A DNA stretch of 59,463 nucleotides from Candidatus Micrarchaeota archaeon (GCA_038046805.1 JBBSVO010000011.1:1-59463), one strand, 5' to 3'; positions 1 through 8,688 are shown, numbered from the stretch's first letter. Made by a program: numbers and translations. Notes: a model not told the origin generated them from the sequence alone.

Positions 1-23
1 TATCTGCTTTCTTTTGAGTCGTG

Positions 24-55
24 GAAGCCCACGGCTTCAGCCGTGGGTAGTTCAC
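24..55 (+). mobile_element. IS200/IS605-family right-end-like motif (subterminal hairpin ending TCAC)
   Basis: GAAGCCCACGGCTTCAGCCGTGGGTAGTTCAC: perfect hairpin CCCACGGC/GCCGTGGG followed by TTCAC, the usual form of tnpB-element right ends; element body would lie upstream of the window. Confidence 0.7.
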
Positions 56-144
56 AGGAAGAATTCTGATCCTTAAATTTGCGGATGTTGCACTCATTTA
101 CAAATAATTCGTTTAAATTTGTTCCGCAATGCAATACTTTTAAT

Positions 145-335
145 GCGGTTGTAGTCTAGCAAACCTTTTGGCTGCTGAAACCTTAGGGCAAAAGGTTTTC
201 GAAAACCCTTAAGCATACTAAGTCAAAGTGGTTTGGACAATGGTAGGATCTGAGCTTCCCAAGCTCATGACCCGGGTCCGAATTCCGTTTCGCGTTCAGA
301 GTTCTGCGTTTCGGATGGTTTTCCCGGCGACCGCA
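145..335 (+). tRNA. tRNA-Gly(CCC) with two non-canonical introns (D-loop ~161-238, T-loop ~280-321)
   Basis: Acceptor GCGGTTG/CGACCGC+A; D-stem GTCT/GGAT; anticodon arm TGAGC-TTCCCAA-GCTCA; T-stem CCGGG/CCCGG; exact intron junctions not resolved. Confidence 0.85.
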
Positions 336-459
336 CTCTGATTTTATCTGAGTGTTTACTCTTGCCCATCTTGCTAATCGCAAGAAACCCCTTTCCGTTG
401 AGGGAGGGTCTGAGGTAAGAGCTATTTAAGGCTTGACCTGAGGGGGGTTAGACAATTGT

Positions 460-1538
460 CTAGGTCGTACCAAACAGTTCGTTAAATCTCGCAACAACTC
501 TTTTCCTGAATTTGTAGGTATTTGCAAATTCGGCATATGCAAGCCAACCTTCCAAACTCAGTACGACTTCGGCTCGCGTCATCTCTCCTTTATCGTATTT
601 CTGCTTAAACTTGTTGAGACGTTTCCAGATCCTCCTTGCATTACTTTTCTTCAATAACCGATATTTTGAAAATATCCTGAAACCAAGAAATGTTATGCCT
701 CTTCTCAATGGTACAATCCTTGTTTTTTCAGGATGCAATTCAATCTTCAATTTCTCAATTAAAAATAAGCTTATTTCATGCTCCCATTTTTCTAGCACTC
801 TTTTATCTCTGTGCAGAATAACAAAGTCATCCACATAACGGATGTAATAGCTGGCGTTCAACTGGTGTTTCACAAAATAATCAAGCTCACTGAGATAAAA
901 ATTAGCGAAGAACTGAGAGGTTAAATTACCCAAAGGCATACCCCTACCATTAATTTCAGTCTTATGATTCTTCAAAATAGTTTCAATAAGCCATATTACC
1001 TTCTCGTCTTTGATCTTTCTTCGGATCAATTTCAGTAAAATTTCGTGGTCAACGGTTTCAAAATAATGACGTATATCGGCTTTCAAAACATAACCAAAAA
1101 CCCCCTCCCCCCCCCCCCCCCCCCCCCCGTTTCGACTTTTTGGTGGCTGGAGTAAGCACGTCTCAGAAATTTCTCGAACCTTTTTATTGCAGGGTGGGTT
1201 CCCTTACCTTTTCTGTTTGCAAACGAATCAAAAATGAAGCTACCGCCAAGGATGGGAGAAACAATATTGCACAGGGCATGATGTACAACCCTGTCCCTGA
1301 AATGAGAAGCACCTATTTTTCTTGTTTTGGGGTCTTTTACAATGAAAGTTGTTATCGGCCTTGGACGATAGGTAAATGTTTGAAGCTCGAATTGTAAATC
1401 AAGGAGATTTTGTTTGAGGTCTGCTTCAAATTCAATGACATACTCCTTCAGGGTCTTTCTTTTTCTTGCTTCAATAAAAGCGAGTTCTAGATTTTCGTAA
1501 GATGTGAGCTGTGGGTATAGATTATTGCAGCACTTCAT
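460..1538 (-). CDS. DGR reverse transcriptase, frameshifted at a G22 homopolymer (1107-1128)
   Basis: N-part KDPKTRKI..FRDRVVHHAL; C-part YVLKADIRHYF, GMPLGNLTSQ, YIRYVDDF; one extra G (or two fewer) joins the ORFs into ~359 aa; adjacent TR/VR. Confidence 0.93.
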
Positions 1539-1590
1539 AAAAATCACATAAAAGAAATAGAATAATACTAGAATGCAAGCCAGTAAGGTC

Positions 1591-1680
1591 ATTTCGAAAC
1601 GATTGGACGGCTGATTGTTGAGGTTGACGTTGCGACGGTTGTTGTCGTTGAAGTTGTTGTTGCCGCGCCTGAGAAGGCCG
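1591..1680 (-). repeat. DGR template repeat (TR), 90 bp
   Basis: AAC-rich; aligns to 2025-2108 with substitutions only at TR adenines plus one 6-nt indel. Confidence 0.95.
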
Positions 1681-1873
1681 CCAAAGGTAACCCGTCTACT
1701 AAGATGGTGCTCACGCACCTCACCGCAGTTTCAGGTTTCGCAAAAGAATAAACTACTAGCTGTCACTGCTGAATTTCATGTCTAGCTTGCCAGACGGCTA
1801 CTAGCACTGTAGACGAGTGTGTGGCCTAGGCTTGCACCTAGGAATTCAGAAAGTAAATAAAAGAAGTTAAAAA

Positions 1874-2683
1874 CTAGAGTAAATTCTGCGATCTGAGAAC
1901 TCTCAGGGCAGTTTGAATCTGTTCATCTGATCCGGTAATGACTACTTGCCCAGGTTGTGTGACTGCTACGAGTTTAGCAGCACCTGCCACAAGCGGCGCG
2001 TTGCCTTCGGCAGCTTCTCTTACCACCCCGAAACGACTGGACGGCTGACCGAAGAGGACGACGCCGCGACGGCCGTAGTCGCCGAAGAAGCCGCGCCAGA
2101 GAAGGCCGATTGTAGCAGAATCAGACACCCAGCTTTTGGTAGTTTCATCGCCAACTGCTTCAAACAGACCGCCATCCCTGCTTTTAATCTTGAATCTGCG
2201 TGTCTGACCGTTCAATTGTAAAAGCACTTCGTCAGCTTCGCCCATTTCTTCATCATTGCGTATTGGTTTTCCTGTTTTTGCATTGGATAGCATTAGCAGA
2301 GGTGTTTTACCATCTGAAGCAAATCCGTGATCAGACAATATCATAGTATCGATAAGAGCAGCTTCCTCCTTACCAGGTCTTACAATAACGGTTTTCATAC
2401 TACCTTCAAATTCACATTGAGATTCAACACTGGTTCCAAGTGGTTTGCCTTTGTTTCCGACTACAGCTGCAGTGCCAGTGTACAGAGGCCTGGCGCTTAG
2501 AATCTCGTCTGGAATGGGTTTGAATCTACCTTCCTCATCCTTTCCAAGAAATACTTCATTGTAGAATGGCGAATTTGGCATTATTTTTCTGCCTGCCACG
2601 TTGCCTCCATGAATTGCTTCCAGATAGGTTTGCCTCTTGGAGACTACTTCAACTCTTTGATTAGCGACTGCAACAGCACCCAT
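1874..2683 (-). CDS. DGR target protein (269 aa; VR resembles C-type-lectin-fold variable region)
   Basis: Contains VR GLLWRGFFGDYGRRGVVLFGQPSSRFGV; upstream GAGGTG RBS. Confidence 0.9.
   Translation of the reverse strand: MGAVAVANQRVEVVSKRQTYLEAIHGGNVAGRKIMPNSPFYNEVFLGKDEEGRFKPIPDEILSARPLYTGTAAVVGNKGKPLGTSVESQCEFEGSMKTVIVRPGKEEAALIDTMILSDHGFASDGKTPLLMLSNAKTGKPIRNDEEMGEADEVLLQLNGQTRRFKIKSRDGGLFEAVGDETTKSWVSDSATIGLLWRGFFGDYGRRGVVLFGQPSSRFGVVREAAEGNAPLVAGAAKLVAVTQPGQVVITGSDEQIQTALRVLRSQNLL
2025..2108 (-). repeat. DGR variable repeat (VR), 84 bp
   Basis: 20 of 24 aligned TR adenines substituted; 0 of 60 non-A positions differ. Confidence 0.95.
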
Positions 2684-2924
2684 AGATACACCTCATATTT
2701 TTGATTAATAGTGAGATATATTAGGATACATTAACCTTAAAAACCAATCTGTTACCACAACATTGAAGCTTCGAGGGAAGAATGTTCCAAAGGTCGTAAT
2801 TTAGGTCGTAAATTCTTTGAGAATAAACGTTCTGAGGCTTATATCTAACGAATTTGCATTATTAGCAAATTTATAATTATGGCTGGCACGGGACAATAGA
2901 GTTTGAGCTAGGCCGTTCTCAAAT

Positions 2925-4488
2925 CTATTCTACAACTTCAACAATAGCTTTTTGCTGTTTTTCGCTAGCTAGAACACGCACTTTCTTGTGATAAACAAAA
3001 ATAGCTCCGCCACGATCATCTTTGACGATATCAGGTTCGCCCAATTTTGTCCAGTCGATTTCACTCCCAATCATGTATATTTTTTTGGTGGTGTCCAACA
3101 ATCCCTTGAAATGGCCTTCCGGGGCATCGCGGTGATCGATCTTGCCTGAAATACCTGGAGTTTCGACAAGCACTCTAGCGTTGTTGATATCTGCATACTC
3201 TATCGGCCTTCTTTGGATGGATTTTGTAAGGTCTCCTACGTAAACAACTACATAATCTGTCAATCCTGCATTCAGCTTCCTTAGTAGTGGGATGTCCTTT
3301 TCGCTTCTGGCAAATAGGACGGTGTCGCTCTCCACCTCCCCACTGCCTCTTACATAGCCGCCTATGGTTATCGTCTTTTCGCTTTCGACAACTTCTTTTT
3401 CTTCATGCTGCTTCTTATCAGCATCAGCAATCTGAAGAATTGTAACACATACTTGGCCTTCTTTTTCTGCGATAGCATATTCCACGTACTGGGGCTTACC
3501 AGCTAGCCGTTCTAGTTGCTTCAATTTGGCAAACAACCAGGCGAGATTTTCATGCAACACCGCTTTCGGGACAATCTCGAGATGGTCTGTGTCATTTCTG
3601 GCAACATAAAGAAGGGTTGCATCGCTCGCATAAAATTTCATCTCCCTACCAACAAGGCCCGCACTAAGACGTTCGTATTCATCGTATTGGACAATATCCA
3701 GAGGGCGTTCATCGCTTTCCTTTATCTTAAGTCCCTCCCCTTTCACAGTGCCTGTTGGCAGGCCAGCGGCAATAAGGACATAGCCTTCGCCATCACTGCA
3801 CGACGTATATCCAAAGCCGCCGTATAATGGTCCGAATCTTACAATTCCGCTGTCGTGGTGCTTTTTGAAAGTCTGGCCAAAGACCGGTTCTATCATGACT
3901 GCTATACCACCAGGCAGACCCAGATCTTTCCTGAAAGCGATTGCAGAATCTGAGAACTCGCTTACCATAACCGCTTTTATCGCTTTCACTAAGCCATCTA
4001 GAGTCTTATCTTCGTTATTAATATTAAAGCAGAATTTGCTATCATAAATTCCTGTTCCCCGGCAGTCTCCATGAGCCGAAGACCTTACCGCTAACGGGAT
4101 TCCCTTGAAATTCCTATGAATTTGTTTTACGAGTTTTCGCAGCACTTTCATTTCAGCTTGTGCAAACTCCCCCCTCCCCAATTAACTGTTGTAATTCTTC
4201 CGAAGAAGCGCCCCGTACCAAAGCGGCGTTGATTCCGCATCTTTCCCTAAACGCTTCGAAGAAGCCCATTGCCAAAACTATTCTCGGATTGGCAACAAAA
4301 CCAGCTTGTTCGATGGCCCATGTTTTTTGCATAAGTTCTTCGGCCTTAGCGCCAATAGAACCACAACCTATAATCGTCCAGAATTTTTCATTAAGATTAG
4401 AAATCTGAGTTGTTCTGGCTCGTAATACATTCGCAAGGCTTTGTCTGACATTTGCTAGATTAACCTCTGGAGAATGCAACTGGGTCAT
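2925..4488 (-). pseudogene. PEP/pyruvate-binding (PEP synthase/PPDK N-terminal ATP-grasp-like) protein, frameshifted at G-rich tract ~4169-4179
   Basis: IGAKA in upstream ORF (4153-4488); LAVRSSA..GIYDS and PQYVEYAI..ILQ in downstream ORF (2925-4181); removing one G fuses them. Confidence 0.7.
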
Positions 4489-4631
4489 AGAATAATTAGT
4501 GTAGGGGAGAGTTTATAAAGTTACTTTTCGTGGTTTAGAATGTTCATTACGACGTGGATAACCTTGTTATTGGGCTGAAAAAGTCCGTGTACATGATTTC
4601 GCAATCTCATTCGTGTACATCGATTTTGCAT

Positions 4632-4950
4632 CCTTAAAAGTTGATGTGTTTCGCCTATTTTCGCTTTATAAAGAAGCACATCAAAAACACATTGACAGTG
4701 GCGTTCTGGAAGCCACAACACACAAGAAAAGGCGATTTGCTACACGTATTAGAGGTACAGTGAGAATATGAAGAGCTAAACATTCCTGCACAATGGTCTG
4801 TTTTTACCTTAAAACCATTGTGTTTCGCCTATTTCGAGTTTATAAAGAAACACAATGCTTTCACAATGGTATCGCCTTTCTGGAAGCCAGAACACACTGA
4901 AACAAGCCTTCTGGGCGTATATAGTGGTGTGTGAGCGAGAAAGAAGTAAA
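4632..4950. repeat. Imperfect tandem duplication, ~174 bp period, non-coding
   Basis: Shared blocks CCTTAAAA, TGTGTTTCGCCTATTT (4645, 4819), TTTATAAAGAA.CACA, TTCTGGAAGCCA.AACACAC. Confidence 0.85.
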
Positions 4951-5003
4951 AGAGGTAGGTATATAAATCTATACAATATATAAATGTATATAAGGGTGGT
5001 TAT

Positions 5004-5282
5004 ATGGTTTCAAGAGCTGTTCAAGAAGTGTTGCATTATCCTAGACTAGACACCGTGATAATGGTTGAAGAAGCGATAAAAAAAGCAAAAGAATACCCGA
5101 CAAAGGCAGAACTGCTTAGGCGCCTTCCAAAACAGGTCATGTACCAAACGCTCCTGCTTATCTTAGATTATCTTCAAAAGTCGAACAAGGTCTACGTTGA
5201 TCCAAAAGACGGCAGGGTAGTTTGGATATGGAATCCAAATGGCATCGAAAAGGCATTCAAAAGCAACCTGGTGATCAGATGA
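5004..5282 (+). CDS. Small winged-helix protein, probable antitoxin
   Basis: 92 aa, YPRLDTVIMVE..LPKQVMYQT; ATGA overlap with downstream RelE-like gene. Confidence 0.6.
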   Translation: MVSRAVQEVLHYPRLDTVIMVEEAIKKAKEYPTKAELLRRLPKQVMYQTLLLILDYLQKSNKVYVDPKDGRVVWIWNPNGIEKAFKSNLVIR

Positions 5283-5614
5283 GCAGGGAGATATTCGTTG
5301 GTTTTGCGGATAACAAAATCAAAGATGCGTATCAAGCCTTAAAAGAAGGTAAAGGCGCAGAACCGCATCTCTACGAGTTCCTCAGCAGGGCATTTGACGA
5401 CTTGAAGAAAGATCCATTTTGCGGCATAAAAATAGAGAAGAAATTGTGGCCCAAAGAATACATTAGAAAATACGAGGTAGATAATCTTTGGAAGTACGAT
5501 CTCCCGGACGGTTGGAGAATGATTTACACCATAAGAGCGAATCAGGTAACTATCCTCACAGTTGTCTTGGAATGGTTTGATCACAAGGAATATGAAAGGA
5601 GATTCGGCTATTAA
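5279..5614 (+). CDS. RelE/ParE-fold toxin-like protein
   Basis: LWKYDLPDGWRMIYTI..LEWFDHKEYERRFGY pattern; size and coupling to upstream gene. Confidence 0.7.
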   Translation: MSREIFVGFADNKIKDAYQALKEGKGAEPHLYEFLSRAFDDLKKDPFCGIKIEKKLWPKEYIRKYEVDNLWKYDLPDGWRMIYTIRANQVTILTVVLEWFDHKEYERRFGY

Positions 5615-5803
5615 TGCCTCATTCGATAAACTTGTTTTCTTTCAAATCTTGTTCGACGATATATAAAGGGATTGCGACTTTAATTGTTCTAAGCCTTAAT
5701 TCGCCTGGATTCAACTGGTAAAGAGGCTGTTTTTCCGTGCTTCTGACAATTGCAATTCCTAATTGTTCGCTAGTTCTGGCTATCCAATTCGCCTGAATCC
5801 GCT

Positions 5804-6571
5804 CTAAAATTCGGGCTGAATTATATATAACCTGCTTATTGTTTTTTTTATCTCATTACGAGTGATAACTTTTCCGTATGGCTTGTATGCTTCTCTAAGT
5901 TCCCTGTTTGTAACGAGGATGTAATAATCTGAATAGCCTTCTTTGGCACGTTTGAATTTATCCCTAAGGTCTTTCTTTCGATAGTGGGAACCTGTTTCAA
6001 CTTCAAAAGCGATATCATTTGCAACAATGTCTGGCCTGACGCTAGCGTACATGAGAGCATCATGACCGTACTTTTCAATCTCTGACTTCAAAATCCTGCA
6101 AAAATAATAATGGATGGAGCTTTGATTATCCGGGGATTTTATCAAAACTCTTGGCCCTTTGCCTGGACCGAAGGGGTTGGTGGTTATCTCAACATATCCA
6201 TTGTTTTTACACATGTTTATCTGGTCTTCGGTCAAATCCTTGGCATAGAAAAACCCATCATGAAGATTGATTTTTGCTGGTTTGGACGGTGGCAAGTCTG
6301 GCTTTTTTACTGGCACAACAGTGTTACCCAGCTTTGGCACTGGTAAATTCATTTCCCAGTCTATTCTCTTCAGGTCGTCTTTACTTAGTCGATAAACTGG
6401 CTGATGTTTTGGTAAATGATCACGAATTGTATCGACAATATTCAAAAATATTATTACAATCCCATATCCAATTACAAACGGTCCAATAATCAAAATTACT
6501 AAAGTTAAATCGATTATTAGCAACGCACCTTTTGCCAGGTACCCAAGCAAATCTTCAATTGCCATGCTCAA
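5804..6571 (-). CDS. Membrane-anchored protein with C-terminal PD-(D/E)XK-like motif
   Basis: N-terminal hydrophobic helices; RPDIV..IAFEVETG; overlaps integrase stop. Confidence 0.55.
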   Translation of the reverse strand: MSMAIEDLLGYLAKGALLIIDLTLVILIIGPFVIGYGIVIIFLNIVDTIRDHLPKHQPVYRLSKDDLKRIDWEMNLPVPKLGNTVVPVKKPDLPPSKPAKINLHDGFFYAKDLTEDQINMCKNNGYVEITTNPFGPGKGPRVLIKSPDNQSSIHYYFCRILKSEIEKYGHDALMYASVRPDIVANDIAFEVETGSHYRKKDLRDKFKRAKEGYSDYYILVTNRELREAYKPYGKVITRNEIKKTISRLYIIQPEF

Positions 6572-7779
6572 TCCGCCAGCAGTGTTTTATCCAATCCCTT
6601 CTCAACAATTTTCTTTAGCAGGAAATTCTTTACCTCATCGTCTTCTATGAGTTTGTTCATGAGATTATCGCTTTTCTGGCGTTCTTTTTCTATTATAGAA
6701 ATGAAAGACTCATCCAATGGCATACCGCACTTTGTGCAAAACTTGGAAATCGGAGAGTTGCTTTCTTTGCATCTTTGGCAGGTTTTGAGCTTCAGTTTTT
6801 CCTCCTGTGTGCTCTCAACCTGAGCCATTCCATGCATTTTCAGGAGCGCATTATCAACATCTCTTCCAGACAGATGGACGTAGGTAGCCGCCATATCCGA
6901 GCCTTGGACCCAGCCGAAATACTCTTTCATTTGGGCCTCTGTCAATTTTCCGGCCATCGCAGTTGCCCTGCTATGCCTGAACAAATGAGGGTATATCTTC
7001 TTCTGGATGCCTGTCCTCTTGGCAATCTTCTTTAGTGTTGCATAGATCGTGCCATGCCTCATGCATTTGTCGGTTTTCTTGTTGTTTTTGTATTGCAGCC
7101 ACAGGCTTGCTTCCGGGTCATTGGCACGGGGATGCGCATTAAGCCAGGAAGCCAGAATAGGAGACGAACTAATCACCCTTACTCTCCTATCGCCTGTTTT
7201 GCCAGTAACGCGCAGAACAGCTCCATATTGGTCAAAACTAACGTTTCTCATTTGCAACGATAGCAACTCGCCTACCCTGCAACCAGTCTCGTACAAAATC
7301 AAAATCAGTGTTTTATCCCTAGGGTTAATCGCAGCTTCAGCCATCCTAAGGACTTCGTCTTCGCTCAATAACTCTTCGGGCAGCTTATGCCTGTGATTTT
7401 TCATGCTCATTTTCATCCAGGTAACTTCAGGAGGGAAAAATTCGTCATTTCCCTTAAGCCATTTGTAGAACATCTTCAAAATGACTTTATAGTCGTATTT
7501 TGTATGTTCTGCGTATTTTTTCGTTTCCAATTCGCCGACCAGGGCGATCAGATCCTCTTTCGTCGCCTCCTTGAACGGCTTTTTGAGCCATTTTGCCAAG
7601 AATCTCAGGCAATAAACAGTTTTGGCAACCCTCCCGTAGGTTACTCCTTTTGCCAATTTTACCTTACAAAAATAGGTTATGGCTTCGACATTCTCCTTGC
7701 AAACCCCATCCTCAACCCTGAGTTTGGCTATTGCCTGCTCCAACCTTCGCGGATAGTCATATATGTCTATTTTACCCAT
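6568..7779 (-). CDS. Tyrosine recombinase/integrase with C-terminal Zn ribbon
   Basis: LYETGCRVGEL, GKTG, HLFRHS, FGW, YVHL; CQRC..CTKC. Confidence 0.95.
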   Translation of the reverse strand: MGKIDIYDYPRRLEQAIAKLRVEDGVCKENVEAITYFCKVKLAKGVTYGRVAKTVYCLRFLAKWLKKPFKEATKEDLIALVGELETKKYAEHTKYDYKVILKMFYKWLKGNDEFFPPEVTWMKMSMKNHRHKLPEELLSEDEVLRMAEAAINPRDKTLILILYETGCRVGELLSLQMRNVSFDQYGAVLRVTGKTGDRRVRVISSSPILASWLNAHPRANDPEASLWLQYKNNKKTDKCMRHGTIYATLKKIAKRTGIQKKIYPHLFRHSRATAMAGKLTEAQMKEYFGWVQGSDMAATYVHLSGRDVDNALLKMHGMAQVESTQEEKLKLKTCQRCKESNSPISKFCTKCGMPLDESFISIIEKERQKSDNLMNKLIEDDEVKNFLLKKIVEKGLDKTLLAD

Positions 7780-7980
7780 GTGCCTTACCTCGGCGGAAGG
7801 GGCATAATAGCCTTTATGCCGATATCAGCATATTTGGACAGGTCCGACTATTTTTTGTTTCCTGCCAATATTGGCACTACCGTATAAACTCAGCCAAATT
7901 AATCGCCCAAAGCGAACGATTAAATTCGCAAGCACTCAGATAACCTCTGAGTATTCGGCGACCGCATAATTTTTTTGTTT

Positions 7981-8436
7981 TCAGATTATCGCACTGTTTT
8001 CATTCACGACATTTTCATATGAAATTGTTGTTCTCGTTTCCGCAACTTCGCCCATCAGGCGGAGATACTTCACTACAAAACCATTGAGCTCTTCCATATC
8101 CTTGACGCATACCTTGAAGATAAGGTCAAACTCACCGGTTATCATCGAACCCTCTTCAACGACGCCGTGTTTCACGATTTTGTGCAGGATGTCTCCTTGG
8201 TTGGCCTTTTGGGCCGTTTTCACAAGAACATATGCAGTCATTTTTCTTCCGACCTTTGTTTTGTCTATTTTTATCGTGTATCCTGCAATTATGCCATTCT
8301 CTTTCATTCTTTTGATCCTATTATGGACTGTCGCAACCGGGATACCCGTATTCTTAGATATCTTCTGGATTGAAAGCTGGGAATTCTCCTTCAGCACGGC
8401 TAATAGCACTGTATCCTTCTCGTCAATTTGATGCAT
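7981..8436 (-). CDS. Lrp/AsnC family transcriptional regulator
   Basis: HTH ..TVHNRIKRM..GII.GY; ITGEFDL RAM domain. Confidence 0.92.
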   Translation of the reverse strand: MHQIDEKDTVLLAVLKENSQLSIQKISKNTGIPVATVHNRIKRMKENGIIAGYTIKIDKTKVGRKMTAYVLVKTAQKANQGDILHKIVKHGVVEEGSMITGEFDLIFKVCVKDMEELNGFVVKYLRLMGEVAETRTTISYENVVNENSAII

Positions 8437-8688
8437 GTTGAATACTTATTCCAAAAAACTATTTAAAGCTATCTATTTTTGCATGTTTATTCGCTAATTT
8501 TGGAATAACATTTATAAACAAGCTTTGTAGAGTTATTCTTTAAAAATAAACCTAGGAGGTGGTAAAAATGGAAAAAAAAAAGAAGAGAAGAAGTATCGGA
8601 ATTACTTGTTGAGCTGAAGGAGCTTGCGGAATTTGTATTAACTAATCCGGCAAAGCCAGGCACTGGAGGTTAACAATAAATTACTACA

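Larger units (their letters stand above)
325..7966. mobile_element. tRNA-Gly-integrated element (~7.6 kb) carrying a DGR, a TA pair and a tyrosine integrase
   Basis: Direct repeat CGGCGACCGCA at 325-335 (tRNA 3' end) and 7956-7966; integrase next to right end; inner inverted repeat TTATCTGAGTG (344-354)/CACTCAGATAA (7933-7943). Confidence 0.85.

Noticed and set aside
183..383. 66-aa ORF as candidate avd
   Set aside because: Antisense to tRNA-Gly, too short, no four-helix-bundle pattern
423..434. Outward TATA-like box that could drive the integrase after circularisation
   Set aside because: Plausible but unsupported; the integrase has its own TATA-like candidate near 7883-7888
460..1538. Group II intron or retron interpretation of the RT
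   Set aside because: LGNLTSQ/YVDD motifs, small size and an adenine-specific TR/VR pair indicate a DGR
1539..1718. N-terminal 60 aa of ORF 1083..1718 (Asn-rich)
   Set aside because: It is the TR read in frame; the RT more plausibly starts at ATG 1538
4632..4950. CRISPR array
   Set aside because: Only two long degenerate units, no repeat-spacer regularity, no cas genes
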